Part shown: positions 37,601-50,500 of the stretch, piece after piece
How positions within the stretch are numbered: the first letter of the stretch is position 1
Layout of the letters: each line of letters starts with the position of its first letter
DNA from: Mobula hypostoma
Lineage: Eukaryota
Direction of reading: 5' to 3'
NCBI RefSeq assembly: GCF_963921235.1
Contig: NC_086118.1
Span: 16,990,001-17,054,000 of the forward strand
Length of the DNA stretch: 64,000 bases
The notes under the pieces: generated by a model
Seen by the model: the letters and a program-made list of their open reading frames with translations, nothing else
What the model was told of the DNA's origin: nothing
Database searches by the model: none
Translations under genes and position numbers: made by a program

Positions 37601-39048
37601 GATCATTCTTTTAAACTTGTCTTATAGGAAAACAAAAGAAAAATTATACATTTGAATTTGTTTCAATTTAAAATAATGTTAAAAGTATCTGCACAACTGT
37701 AATGTGATTAGACTTTGCACAATTCAGCCATATTATTACATGCTTATCATAAAGTACTTGAAATGTCAAGTACAATATACTCCAAAGAACAAGTCTTTGA
37801 TTATTCTTTCTATGTTAATAAATTAACTGCTAAAAGGGTACCAGACAAACAAAATGACCATCACTGTTACCTCAGAGATCAATTTTCTTTGTGGTTAAGA
37901 ACAGAATAGATCATTACATACAGGACAAAAAAAATGTTATTGTCTGATTGCAAAAATTGCTCAACATTTTTCTCTTCTTCTTAAGAAGTAGTTTAAAGAG
38001 TGAATGATTTGGTATTAAAATTATCCTTCACAGGTCACGTAGATTTTAAAACAGTGATGAGGTAGATTTTAATCTCAACATTTAATTTTGTACTAGCAAA
38101 GTTAATATTGAAGTTTTCAAATGAAAATAACTGTAAGAGTACTCAATGCCATATAATTCCCTCCTTTTCTAAACAATTCTGTGTTTATTTATGCGGAAAG
38201 TGTTGTGTATTTAATATTTCAGTAATATTTGAGTAAAATTGAAAATATATTGTTTTATTAAGTATTCTTGTTCATTTAAATAATTCATTATGGGTTATAT
38301 GTAAAAGTGCATAAATATCACACGTCATCATGCCACCATGTTATATATGCAGGCTTTGCTTAAAGTAAAAATGAAGTACACGAGTTATCCCCGGCTCTCC
38401 TGTATTCTTATTTCAATTAGTTTTGAAGTTAACAAAACAAAATAGAAAGCAGCTAAATATATCTAAATAATCAAGTTATCTTTTTGTAATTGAAATGAAG
38501 TCCATTGATAAACCCTAGGACTTGCTTCTTTATTCCAGTATCACAATATATCTACTTAGGTGTGTTGGTGTTGATCATCCTTCCAAACACAGAAAGAGAT
38601 TTTTCATACAACAATAGAGACATTGAAAGTTTGGTTTAATACCTCCTCACAACAGATAGAAATATTAATTTAATTTCTGCAGTGTATCAGTAGCCAGAGA
38701 AATCCATAACAGCAATGAAAAGAGGCATCTATTTCCACATTCCTTTATCAGTGATACTCCTGAATAAAATCTTTTCAATGACTTTTGTTCTGAAGCAGAC
38801 TCCACGGTGGATTCTATACTCCTTTCTTTCACATTTTTCTTCACTAATAAAAACAAGTTTATAATAATGAAGATGAGTGAAGTCTCAGAACTGGAGGACC
38901 TCTGGCCGAAGACATCTGCTTAAGTACAACAATCTCAACTTATCCAAAACACCAGGCAGTCACCACAGTTAAAATGTTCCATTGACTAATTTTAACTGAA
39001 TCTCTAATGAAAGGAAACAAATATATGAGTTTCTCTCCAGTATCCTTC

Positions 39049-39672
39049 CAGAGGCTCTACTTCCTAAGGAAGCTAAAGCACGCTCTCCTCCCTCATCACC
39101 TACTGATCAACTTCTATCGGACAACTATAGAGAGCCTCCTGACGTATTGCTGTGCAGTGTGGTTTGCCAGCTGCACAGAACAGAACAGGAAGGACTTGCA
39201 GCGGGTGGTGAGGGTAGCAGAGCGGGTTATTGGCACAACATTACCCTCCCTCAGAGACATTTATACTGGCAGACTTCAAAAGAAGGCTACTTGTATTTCA
39301 AAGGATCCCACTCATCCTGGACATCACCTGTTTTCCCCTCTACCTTCTGGGAAGAGATACAGAGCATTAAGGACGAAAACAAAGAGACTCCTTAACAGCT
39401 TCTACCCACAAGCAGTGAAATGTATAACACTCCCTTCCCTTCTCCTGCCCCCCTCCTAAGACGGCGGCAGCTAAATGCATCACACTTCCAGGAATGGCAG
39501 GTGTGCAATAGTCCTACCCGCCCCCCTCCATATATTATTAATTTTGGACTGCACTCCTGAGATTTTAGAGTTTATTTTATGTATATATTCTTTGTCGTGC
39601 TACAAAACGTTGAGCTGCTAAACTGTGTCTTATTGCTCCACAACAATGACAATAAAGATATTCTTCTTCTTC
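39049..39672 (+). mobile_element. Rex1/Babar-type LINE 3' fragment, reading frame intact
   Basis: QRLYFLRKLK...FYRTTIESLLTYCCAVWF...LQRVVRVAERVIG...DPTHPGHHLFSPLPSGKRYR...SFYPQAV; AATAAA followed by a (TTC)n tail. Confidence 0.9.
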
Positions 39673-40254
39673 TTTATTCTGTAATTCAATATTTTGCATT
39701 GTTTGAAAAATTAAATAGTATTTAATAGACCCTTTCTTGAATATTTTCAGAATTCCCAGCCAAACTAAAGGTCCATCCTTTCTTCCTTTCCTCTGCACAC
39801 AGGTCCCTGACCTCCAGCATTTTCCGGTAAAATTCTACAGACCCAGACTTGTAAACATACAACTATGTATTAGGAAAATACACCTTCTCTATACCAATGC
39901 AGCTCTGTGGGGACAAAGATTCTGTTTAACCCTTTTTGCTAATACAATGATGGCTTGGAGATGGGGATTGGGAGGGGTGGGGCGGAGAGGGGTGGGAGTA
40001 TGATTATACTATGGGTGCATCTCTTTCATAGGTATGAATTGTACATTAGGTACATTTGTTATGAACTGCACAAACCTCCTTTATACTAAGCTCTCTTTAT
40101 TTAAAAAAATTAAAAATTAAGAAAAAATAGTATTTGTGTTTCTTTATCCATAATGGGGTAAAAATTAATTGTATCACTTTAAGAATGCAATATGCACATT
40201 GTTCATTTAGCACAAGCAGTCAAGGGTTAATTTTTTCCTTAATACTTCAAAAAG

Positions 40255-41462
40255 TGAGATAGATCAGCTGGTTGAATGCTGTCGCAACAACAATCTTGCA
40301 CTTGATATCAATAAAACAAAGGAGTTGACGGTGGACTTCAGGAAGGGATAGTCAAGGGAACACACACATGTCCTCATCGAGGGATAAACAGTGGAAAGGG
40401 TGAGCAGTTTCAAGTTCCAAGTGTCAACATCTCCAAGGGTCTATCCTGGGTCCAACATATTGATGCAATTACAAAGAAGGCACGAAAGCGCCTATAGTTT
40501 ATTAGGGGCTTGATGAAACTTGGTCTGTTAACAAACACTAAGAAATTTCTACAAGTTGTGCTGTAAGCAGCATTCTAACTGGTAGCATCATTGTCTGATA
40601 GGGAGGAGCAATCCACTGCACAGGATTGGAAAATGCTGCAAAACGTTGCAAACTCAGCCAGCTCCATCGTGGGCACTAGCCTCCCCAGCATCGAGGACAT
40701 CTTCAAAAGGCCATGCCTCTTAAAGACAGCATTCATCGTTAATGACCCCCTGGAGATGCCCTCTTTCTGATTGCTACCATCAGGGATGAGGTACAGAGCC
40801 TGAAGACAAACACTCAATGTTTTAGGGACAGCTTCTTCTCCTCAGCCATCAGATTTTTGTATTGACAATGAACTCATGTACACTACTTCACTATTTTTTT
40901 TTTGCTTTCTTTCTGCAAAATCTTGTTCGGGCGTTTTTGGTGTTAGTACCTACAGAAAATAACTTCAGCCACCAATCTTCAAATCTGAATGTAAATTGTA
41001 AATTAAACTTAAAATGCAGATCCGAACAAGAGGTTCCTAAAAGCCTTGAATCACAGATGAGACAATGCTGATTAAAATTTGTTGAGATGCCTGTGGTGTG
41101 GGTGTGAAGCAGGAGGTGTGAAGTTTGTGTGTAGTTCAAAGAAAGCACTGTGGATGCATTGTAGATACGGAATTGTCCTTGGATCTTTAGTCATGAAGCA
41201 TTGGGTCAGGCAGACCTTTCGCTCTGAAAGGGTCTCAGTATGATGCCTGCTGTATCTCATTTTGTCCAATAAAGAGACTACTTCATGTCTATCAGTACTT
41301 CCCTGTTGTGAGTTGTACACATGACAACACCACTTATTTCATTTTCATATATGTTTGTATTTTCTTAATGTAATTTATATATTTTTATTATGTATTGCAC
41401 TTACTGCAGCCGCAAAACAACAAATGTAAGTGATAATAGACCTGGTTTTGATTCTGATTCTA
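40255..41462 (+). mobile_element. Rex1/Babar-type LINE 3' fragment with an internal insertion (about 40925-41330)
   Basis: Colinear with 28020-28790; tail tgattctgattct near 41450. Confidence 0.78.
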
Positions 41463-42996
41463 ATGTATGGAGCCATCAGGTCACTCTATTCTAACCGAAG
41501 CAATAAGAGTTAAACATATAAAAATACATTTATACAAGAAGTCACTCAAAGGCCATATTCCAAATGTTAAGCAAGTATGATGCTATGACATTCTTAAATA
41601 CCAAAACAGAAAATAACAGAATGCTGACCACAGACAGAAGAGATTGCTAATCTGCAGAGAGACGAACTGTGTAGCACAGTCCACTTTGGATCAAGTTGAG
41701 AAAAGCAGTATTTCAATGCAGGAGTCAGTATCCTGCTTTGAAGTACTTTGAATCAGTTGGAATGTGATAAGCACATCTGGTTTGAGGAATAAAGCAAGTA
41801 ATTTGTTTTTATACAAACTTTGCAACAGGCAAAAGAGTTGTAATCACGTACTCACAGTTTAATGCTAACAATCAAGTTTCATAAACATTTTTGGATTTAA
41901 AAGTTTGAATAAATCCTAATAAAATGTTAATGATTTGATTACAGAGAAGCTCTTCAGATTTCCTGCAGTAAATAAGGCGGCTTCAATGTTGAAAAATTTC
42001 ACTCAGTAAAACGAAAATTCAGAAGTGATTTTGCAACAAACAACTAATATGTTCTCCAAAGCATCATTAACACATTGAGATAGCATGTCCTGCTTCTCCA
42101 ATAGAAACTGGTAAGACGTGTTCAGTAAGTATTCCCTACAGGGCTCTTCTATATCAATAAACACAGTATACTCTATAAACAATCAGAAGGCATTGTATAA
42201 AGATCACAAATTCATTTTTTAATCCAGGCTGATTTTACCTAAAGATCTAAAGATGGGTATAAACTGCTTCTCGGCTAAAGAGGAGAAAATACACTGATGG
42301 GATGGGGGAGGCTAATATGGGGAAAGTTGGGGGGGGGGGGATGTCCAATAATGCTTTAGGGAGTCATTGGGATGAAAAACAAGGAGCTTCAAATGATGAA
42401 AATCTGGAATAAAAACACGAAGTACTGGTTGGATAGCATCTGTGGAATGAAACAGGGAAAAAGCTCTGGCCAGGTTTCATAATGTTAATAATGTTAATCG
42501 CCATGTGTTTTGCAGGTCAGAGATCAACATTTTCTACCACTTCTTTAGCTTAACACTTCGATCACTTTCTGAAGTACTGGCTTTGAGAAGCCTCTGCTCT
42601 TCATGACATGCCGAAACAATGAGTTTCATCTCTTTCTTGCTATTTCCCAGCTATGGACTTAATTGTCTGCCATGCATACCAATTAACCTCCCTGATATAT
42701 AAAAGGAAATTCTCAGGATCTTGTGCTAACATTTCATCTGAACTGCTTGCAAGCCTTTCAGAGGACTGAGTGGTCAAGTTTCACAGCCATACATCACACG
42801 ACTAAAGTTCTGAAATGGTGTAGAACTCATCGATTTTACCACCCTCCCTACTAATTTCCAGCCCATTCTCTGATTCCCTAAGAATATAATTGACATCGCA
42901 AACACGAGGAAATCTGCAAATGCTGGACATTCAAGCAACACACATCAAAGTTGCTGGTGAACGCAGCAGGCCAGGCAGCATCTCTAGGAAGAGGTA

Positions 42997-43034
42997 CAGT
43001 TGACGTTTCGGGCCAAGACCCTTCATCAGGACTA
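42997..43034 (-). ncRNA. Minimal hammerhead ribozyme motif (Penelope terminus)
   Basis: Minus strand agtcCTGATGAagggtcttggcccGAAAcgtc|aactg; one stem I mismatch. Confidence 0.72.
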
Positions 43035-44348
43035 ACTGAAGGAAGAGCTAGTAAGAGATTTGAAAGTGGGAGGGGGAGGGAGCGATCCAAAATGATAGGA
43101 GAAGACAGGAGGGGGAGGGATGGAGCCAAGAGCTGCACAAGTGATTGGCAAAAGAGATATGAGAGGATCATGGGACAGGAGGCCCAGGGAGAAAGAAAAG
43201 GGGGAGGAGGGGAAAAACCCAGAGGATGGGCAAGGGGTATAGTGAGAGGGACAGAGGGAGAAAAAGGAGAGAGAGAAAAAGAAAAAGAATGTGTGTATAT
43301 AAATAAGTAACGGATGGGGTACGAGGGGTAGGTGGGGCATTAGCGGAAGTTTGAGAAGTCAATGTTCATGCCATCAGGTTGGAGGCTACCCAGACGGAAT
43401 ATAAGGTGTTATTCCTCCAACCTGAGTGTGGCTTCATCTTTACAGTAGAGGAGGCCGTGGACAGACGTATCAGAATGGGAATGGGACGTGGAATTAAAAT
43501 GTGTGGCCACTGGGAGATCCTGCTTTCTCTGGCGGACAGAGCGTAGGTGTTCAGCAAAACGGTCTCCCAGTCTGCGTCGGGTCTCGCCAATATATAGAAG
43601 GCCACATCGGGAGCACCAGACGCAGTATATCACACCAGCTGACTCACAGGTGAAGTGTCGTCTCACCTGGAAGGACTGTCTGGGGCCCTGAATGGTGGTA
43701 AGGGAGGAAGTGTAAGGGCATGTGTAGCACTTGTTCCACTTACAAGGATAAGTGCCGGGAGGGAGATCGGTGGGGAGGGATGGGGGGGGACGAATGGACA
43801 AGGGAGTCGCTGAGGAAGCGATCCCTGCGGAAAGCAGAGAGAGGGTGGAGGGAAAGATGTGCTTAGTGGTGGGATCCCGTTGGAGGTGGCGGAAGTTACG
43901 GAGAATAGTATGTTGGACCCGGAGGCTGGTGGGGTGGTAGGTGAGGACCAGGGGAACCCTATTCCTAGTGGGGTGGCAGGAGGATGGAGTGAGAGCAGAT
44001 ATGCGTGAAATGGGGGAGATGCGTTTGAGAGCAGAGTTGATGGTGGAGGAAGGGAAGCCCCTTTCTTTAAAAAAGGAGGACATTTCTCTCGTCCTGGAGT
44101 GAAAAGCCTCATCCCGAGAGCAGATGCGGCGGAGATGGAGGAATTGCGAGAAGGGGATGGCATTTTTGCAAGAGACAGGGTGAGAAGAGGAATAGTCCAG
44201 ATAGCTGTGAGAGTCAGTAGGCTTATAGTAGACATCAGTAGATAAGCTGTCTCCAGAGATAGAGACAGAAAGATCTAGAAAGGGGAGGGAGGTGTCGGAA
44301 ATGGACCAGGTAAACTTGAGGGCAGGGTGAAAGTTGGAGGCAAAGTTA

Positions 44349-44542
44349 ATGAAGTCAACGAGCTCAGCATGCGTGCAGGAAAATGAAGTCAATAAGTTCA
44401 GCATGCGTGCAGGAAATGAAGTCAACGAGCTCAGCATGCATGCAGGGATGAAGTCAACGCGCTCAGCATGCGTGCAGGGATGAAGTCAACGAGCTCAGCA
44501 TGCATGCAGGGATGAAGTCAACGAGCTCAGCATGCGTGCAGG
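44349..44542. repeat. Six tandem copies of a 31-bp unit at the Penelope 5' junction
   Basis: ATGAAGTCAACGAGCTCAGCATGCGTGCAGG starting at 44349, 44383, 44416, 44448, 44480 and 44512, separated by AAA, AA, G, G, G. Confidence 0.95.
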
Positions 44543-47500
44543 ATTATTGACATTTCTCTTTTCTAAAGCTATTTCTCTGTATCCATTTCAGGGGAGAAGC
44601 TATCCATGGACATTACTAAAACCCACTGAAACCTATGGTGAACTAGACTACACCTCCTCCCACCCTGTCTCTTTAAGATCTCTTTCTCCCAGTCTCTCCA
44701 TTTCTGCGACATCTGCTCTGAGGCTGAGGCTTTCCACTCCAGGACATTTGAAATGTCCTCTAATAGTCAAGAAACATGACTCTCATTGCACTGTTCTTAT
44801 AAAGCTTGTTTTTGTGCTGTTTTTGAGAAATCTTGCATCTCAGATATTGCTGTCAACCCAAACATACCCCTGCCCAGCGAGAGTAGAGGTAGCTCCCACA
44901 GTTTTCAATTTTTACCCCATTAGCCTCCTCATTCAGTACATCATCCCTCGGAATTTCAGTCAGCTGAAACAAGATTCCACTACGAGCCACATCTTCTCCT
45001 CCTCTCCCCGTTCTGACTTCTGCAGGTGCTATTCACACCATGACTCCACTGTCCACTCTCCTTGCCCATCCACATGTCCCTATGCCCTGGTATTTTGCCC
45101 ATAATGGCAAGGAGTGGAACATTTGTTTTCGTATCTCCTCTTAAAAAGCCCTTCCAGGTGAAGCAAAAATTCACCTGCCCCTCCTCCAATCTCAGCCAGC
45201 AAACCCAATGCTGCTGATGTGGCCTCCTCCACATCAGCCTAACCAAGCACAAATTGGGCAACTGATTCACAGACCACTGGTGCTCTGTCTGCAATAGACA
45301 TCTTGAGCCCTCATCTGCATACCATTTCAACTCCCTTTTCCATTCCCACTTTGAGCAGCGTATGCTCTGCCTTCCCCACTGCCAGGGTGAGGCACAACTC
45401 TAGCCAGTAGAATAACAGCTCATATTCTTCCAGCCAATGGTATGAACACGGAATTTTCCAATTTCAAGGAATCTTTACCTCTTGCTTCCTCCCCCAACTC
45501 TCCTTAATTTTGTCCCCTTTCCCAATGCCCCAGTGATGGTTATTCATTGTCTAGGGTGTGAGAAGCTTGTTGCTAACTTCAGCTTTCTATTACAGCATCA
45601 TGACCTTTCCAAAGAGTCAGAGTTGTTTGTGACAGAGTTAACAAATATTCTTTCCCTAATTTCTTTTTGTAAACAAGAACTAGTCTTCAGTTCGTAATGT
45701 AAATTGAAAGCAGTCATCTCTTTGAAGTTAAAAGGACACCTGGGCTGGCTGCTAGGAGATGTGGTTTGCAAAGTAAAGTGACCATGAAGCTTCTTGTCTG
45801 CATTACCCAAACACAACAGGGCTATGTTATTTGCTCTACATTAAACCAGGAAACTACAGCAAAGTTATTTGTACCAGTGTCCTCAGAAACTTTTAGACCC
45901 TCTGTGTAAATTACTTTGTCCCAACAAAGATCTGGAAAACATCACATCCGAACAGTAAAAAAATATCAGAAAGCGTTGGAGATTGTTAGTATTGACAAGC
46001 AGACTGACAGAAAGGTGATGTGACAGAAAGGAGAATTAGAATTCATTCCTGAGCCTCAGTTTCTGCAATGAACAACTTTGTGATGTGTTCTTTTAGTTTG
46101 TAAGAATTGTACCTGTGTTTGGAAATCCTTTTGTCTAAATTTAACCCTATATCTTTAATAATAAAATAAACTGCATTTAAACTACTTTGTTAGCTGGAAG
46201 TATCTGCTCCTTGTAAGGGAGAGCTTCCCACCACTCAAGCAATGGATATCGGCTGCAAGACCTCACTACAGAGACTAGACAAGGAAGTAAGCTCATTCTT
46301 GAAGAGTAGGTTAATACAGCATAACCTCCTTATAGTGATGGTACCTTAGATATCCATACTGGATTGGACTTAAAAATCTTCTTTTGAATTTCAGGCTTTG
46401 CAGATAGGGAACCCAATACCATCACACCCCTATCACCTACTTTCATCCCCTTCCCTCTCTTAGTTCAATCAATTGTATTATTTATTTGTTTGGAGATACT
46501 GCGCAGAAAGGGGCCCTTCCAGCCCAACGAGCAACACCACCCATCAACCCAGCTATTTAACCCCACCCTAGTCACAGGACAAGTTACAATAACCAATTAA
46601 CCTATTAACTGGCAGATCTGCTCATGGGAAATACATACAAACTCCTTACAGAGGATGCCGGAGTTGAACTTCAAACTCTGACACCCTGAGCTGTAAGAGT
46701 GTCACGTTTTGCGACCATGACACTATTACCACCAACTACCCCCATATTTTACCCACACTATGCCCTCCCCATTAAGTTCCATCTGTCCCTCACCTCGCCC
46801 CTAATGGCTCCTATTTTTACCAGCCTCATTTTTCAGATTTCAGCACCTCTTTCGGTTGCTACTTAATGCTCTCCAGCACTCTCCCCTCCCCCTCACCTTG
46901 CTCCAAGTGCCTCTTTCTTATTGTCTGTCTTCAGGAAGCTACCTGTATCTCCCAACTTTACCCCTCCCATTCCCCTAGCTGGCGTGAACTGCTCGTCATC
47001 CTTCATCCCCCACAGTTTCCCAGGCAGTTCTAGCCTCTTTCTCATCACTCTTCCTCTCTCTTTTATTCTGTCTATATTTCTTTCTCCACTCTTAATTCTG
47101 AACAGTTGACAACTCCTTCTTGCCCCATTCAATGCTTGACCCATTGAGTTCCTCCAACAAAGTATCTGATGCTCATATTTGGTATAATCCAGCCTTGATG
47201 GTGAAATGATCAAGCATGTTTTTCCATCTGGAACTTCTTTTCAGTTTCTGAAGTATGGATAAGATGGTACAGTAGTTCTAAAACTATTCCAAAGTAAATC
47301 CAACGGAGGAAAATGATGTGCAGATGTTAGGAAAGCAGATATTGTTATCGTTGTCATTTAAAACATCCAAACTAGATTCTTAATGTCAATATATCAGTCA
47401 TTATATCTGTATTTGAACAAAGCAATGAACGTTAATGCAACAAAATAAGTGAGAACAGAGATTGTTTTAGAAAATTTACGTTAAGGGAGTAATTATGATA

Positions 47501-50500
47501 CCAGTTGAACAATAGGTAACGGCATGAAGACATACATCTGATCATACACATTCTGCTAATGAAAGACCATAGCAAATGCTGTTTGATAAACTTCAATGAA
47601 TACAATGTGAAGATGAAAGTTCAGCTGAAAATTTATTATTTGATTCCAAATCTTATTAATACCATTAATTTAAATCTTACTTATGCACATGCTCAGAGGT
47701 GACTCTTCCAGTGAGCAGAGATAATTCTGTGGAATTCTATTGTGAATCATGGCTGCATTTTACTCTCCATCCATTGCACTCCCTGATAAACTGAGGACTG
47801 GAAGCATAGCTTTATATTTCAAATTAATTTGGCTGATAATTAACCACCGACGGTGGTTTTCTTCCACAGCTCCAGGGACAAGACGTTTAAAATCATTTCT
47901 ACAATACAATTTTATAAATCATGTTGTTGATTTTGTATTTGATAAATCTTAGAAGAATGTGGCATTGAAATTATTAGGGATAGGACAAATGTTGAAGGAA
48001 AAAGCCTGAACTTTAGAGTAAGAATAAAGCCAAAGCAATAGTGCTAACCATCATCAAAAAGTAAATTGGACAGCAAATTTCAGTGCACATACATAAGTAA
48101 TTACAAACGTTTGTACATACAGAAATAGGAAACTGATGTCCATTTATCAATGAAATGTTAGGAATGATTATTTCAAATGTAAGTGCTATTTTAAACTTAC
48201 AGCAACCTCAGGCATTGAAAGCTTTTTAAAAAAAATATATTCACTCATACTTTCAAATAATAACTGAATATATTTATATTATTCTTTTACACCTCTTTAA
48301 TATGATCTTTATTCCTCCCTCATTTCAGTTTAAGCCCTGATTTTGCACTGAACTATAAATTCTAAGTTTTATTTCCTGATTGAGATACTGCGCATCTCAG
48401 CAAATGTTCCCAAAACTAACTGATTGACAAGATGCACTAATACCTTATCTTGTTCATAGAAATTCAATGGTTCAATTTAATATTAGAGAATGTTTACAGT
48501 ATGCAACCTGAATTTCTTAGACATCCACAAAACAGAAAAAAAGCCCCAAATGAAGACTAACAGAAATGTTGGAACCCCAAATCCCCACTCCCCGCTCTCA
48601 TATTCAAGATCTTATTTGAAGTGTGCTTCATGTTGCATTGTAAAGGCCTACAGAAGTGCAAGTAACTAAAGGTTGAGAGCTTGTCAGTTGCCAGAGACCA
48701 CAACCTTTGGGTATTATGATGTTAAACTCCTCAGGCCCAAGCAGCTAAGCATATCTTGACGATTCATTTGAGCAGGTGGTAATATATACAAATTGACACA
48801 TCTTGTACACTGCCTGTTTACACAAATGATGCAGTCCTCCACCAGCCCAGATCTGATACATTTACAAACGTTATTCAACTTTGTACTACATAGCCAAACT
48901 CAAGGTCATTAACTCTCCTTTTTGGCATAGAGCCTGTATCTTCCCATTTCATTCTCGAAGGAGTGGTTTTACACCATTAAACCTCCAGGGTAGTATCAGA
49001 ATGGCAACAATTAACAGTCAGATGATATAATTTCCTTCAAAATAGCACTTCCTTATTTTAGATGCAGAAAAGACAATATATGGAAATCTTCAGTGCAGAG
49101 GAAAGTAGATTTTCTTCAGGATAAGAGATTTTCTTTCAAGAAAATTCAAGCAGCTCAGTTTCATACTTACCTTAGCTGTTGTAAAATATGTGGCGTTCTC
49201 AGATTAACATCAAGAACGGATATCTTTCTGGAACTCTCAGAATGAGCCAAATGCCTCATCAATGGCCGAGTCTTGAAGGAGATCTAAGATAAGCCTCCTG
49301 TGAAAAGCTGTTAATTCTTTACTTCCATGTCCACTGTCCCTGGAGCAGACTGGCCTTTCAGAGGAACCAGAGAGATGTTCAGGATTTTCTGAAGTAAGCC
49401 CATAAACCCTCATTCTGAAAATGCAACAACCGTGTCATTCCTTTCTTCAAAAAGGAGGAGGAGAAAAGTGAGCTTTTCCCATGCCTAAACATACCATGTT
49501 ATTTTAGGTATGAACAACAATGCTTCACACAGATATAACCTTTAACCACTTCACTGCAGAATTCAGTCAGTAGTCTCACGGAGGCAGCTTTCTTTTTGTA
49601 GCTGCAAATTAAAAGTAATGTTTACATAGCTAACTTTTTCCCAGCAACCTCGGGCAGAACGAGCTTTTAAATTAAAAATATTTAGGAAATGGGGACAATT
49701 ATCCACAAAAGAGGCCACAAAGTATAGTCAAAATGACTTTCATAGCCAGAACTTAATTACTTCTCTCAAATAACATTATGGGATGCTTGAAATCCTTCAT
49801 GCATTAGGAAAGATCTTGACATAACACTCACAACAGAAGGATCAACTTTAACTAATATCTGTAACTAAAATAAATGAGCTGGAAATACACTGTGGTCAGT
49901 TGGGAATATATTTCATAACCGGCATAAGGATACAGAACTTCTGTTGCAAATAAGTTTCTAACTGCACCTGTACATAAACTTTGACAATAAACTTGACTTT
50001 GAGCTAAAGATGACTATAATAATTACGAGTACAGCTCTCTCCATCTTTGATGACATCTATTGGAAGTGATGCCTCAGGAACATACATCATTAATGACCAC
50101 CACCGTCTGGGTGTTCCTTCTCCTCTTGACTCAGTCATCAGGCAGGGGAGCCTGAAAACCTACCCCTCTCAAGCTTCAACAACAGCTTCATCCCCACTGC
50201 CATGAGGCTTTTAAACCAACCTGAAATACCCTAACACTACCTCTGACTATATCTCATTTCTACCTCAACCTGAGTAAGTTTTCTTGTGTTAGTTGTGTAT
50301 AATTTATGTAAGTTAAGATAATGTTAACTTATATTTGTCATTTCTATAATGTTCCATGTTGCTATAAAAGTTAATTTTCATGGCAGTTGCACCCTGGGTA
50401 TGAACACTTGTGACAATGAACTTGAATTTGAATTTCACTATCAGTAAAAAAGTCAGAGTGTACAGAAAGAAGTGTTTCAGCTCACTATGCCCTTGAAAAC

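Larger units (their letters stand above)
42897..44542 (-). mobile_element. Young 5'-truncated Penelope-like retroelement (RT C-terminus plus GIY-YIG endonuclease)
   Basis: ORF 43409-44437: FASNFHPALKFT, LPFLDL, TDVYYKPTDSHSYLDYSSSHP, Cys linker, VIYCVWCSRCGLLYIGETRRRLGDRFAEH. TSD ATTGACAT at 42889-42896 and 44546-44553. Confidence 0.95.
42660..45470 (+). mobile_element. Old Penelope-like element of a diverged subfamily, split by the young antisense copy
   Basis: Left of the insertion reads ELIDF...NFQPIL; right side reads KPTETYGELDYTSSHP, PFQVKQKFTC and ends ggtatgaacacggaattttccaatttc. The left boundary is approximate. Confidence 0.8.

Noticed and set aside
39007..39459. Standalone 150-aa host gene
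   Set aside because: It is the C-terminal region of a Rex1/Babar LINE ORF; the start codon comes from flanking DNA.
44349..44542. CRISPR-like array of 31-bp repeats
   Set aside because: There are no spacers, only 1-3 junction bases; the unit is Penelope coding sequence and the DNA is vertebrate-like.
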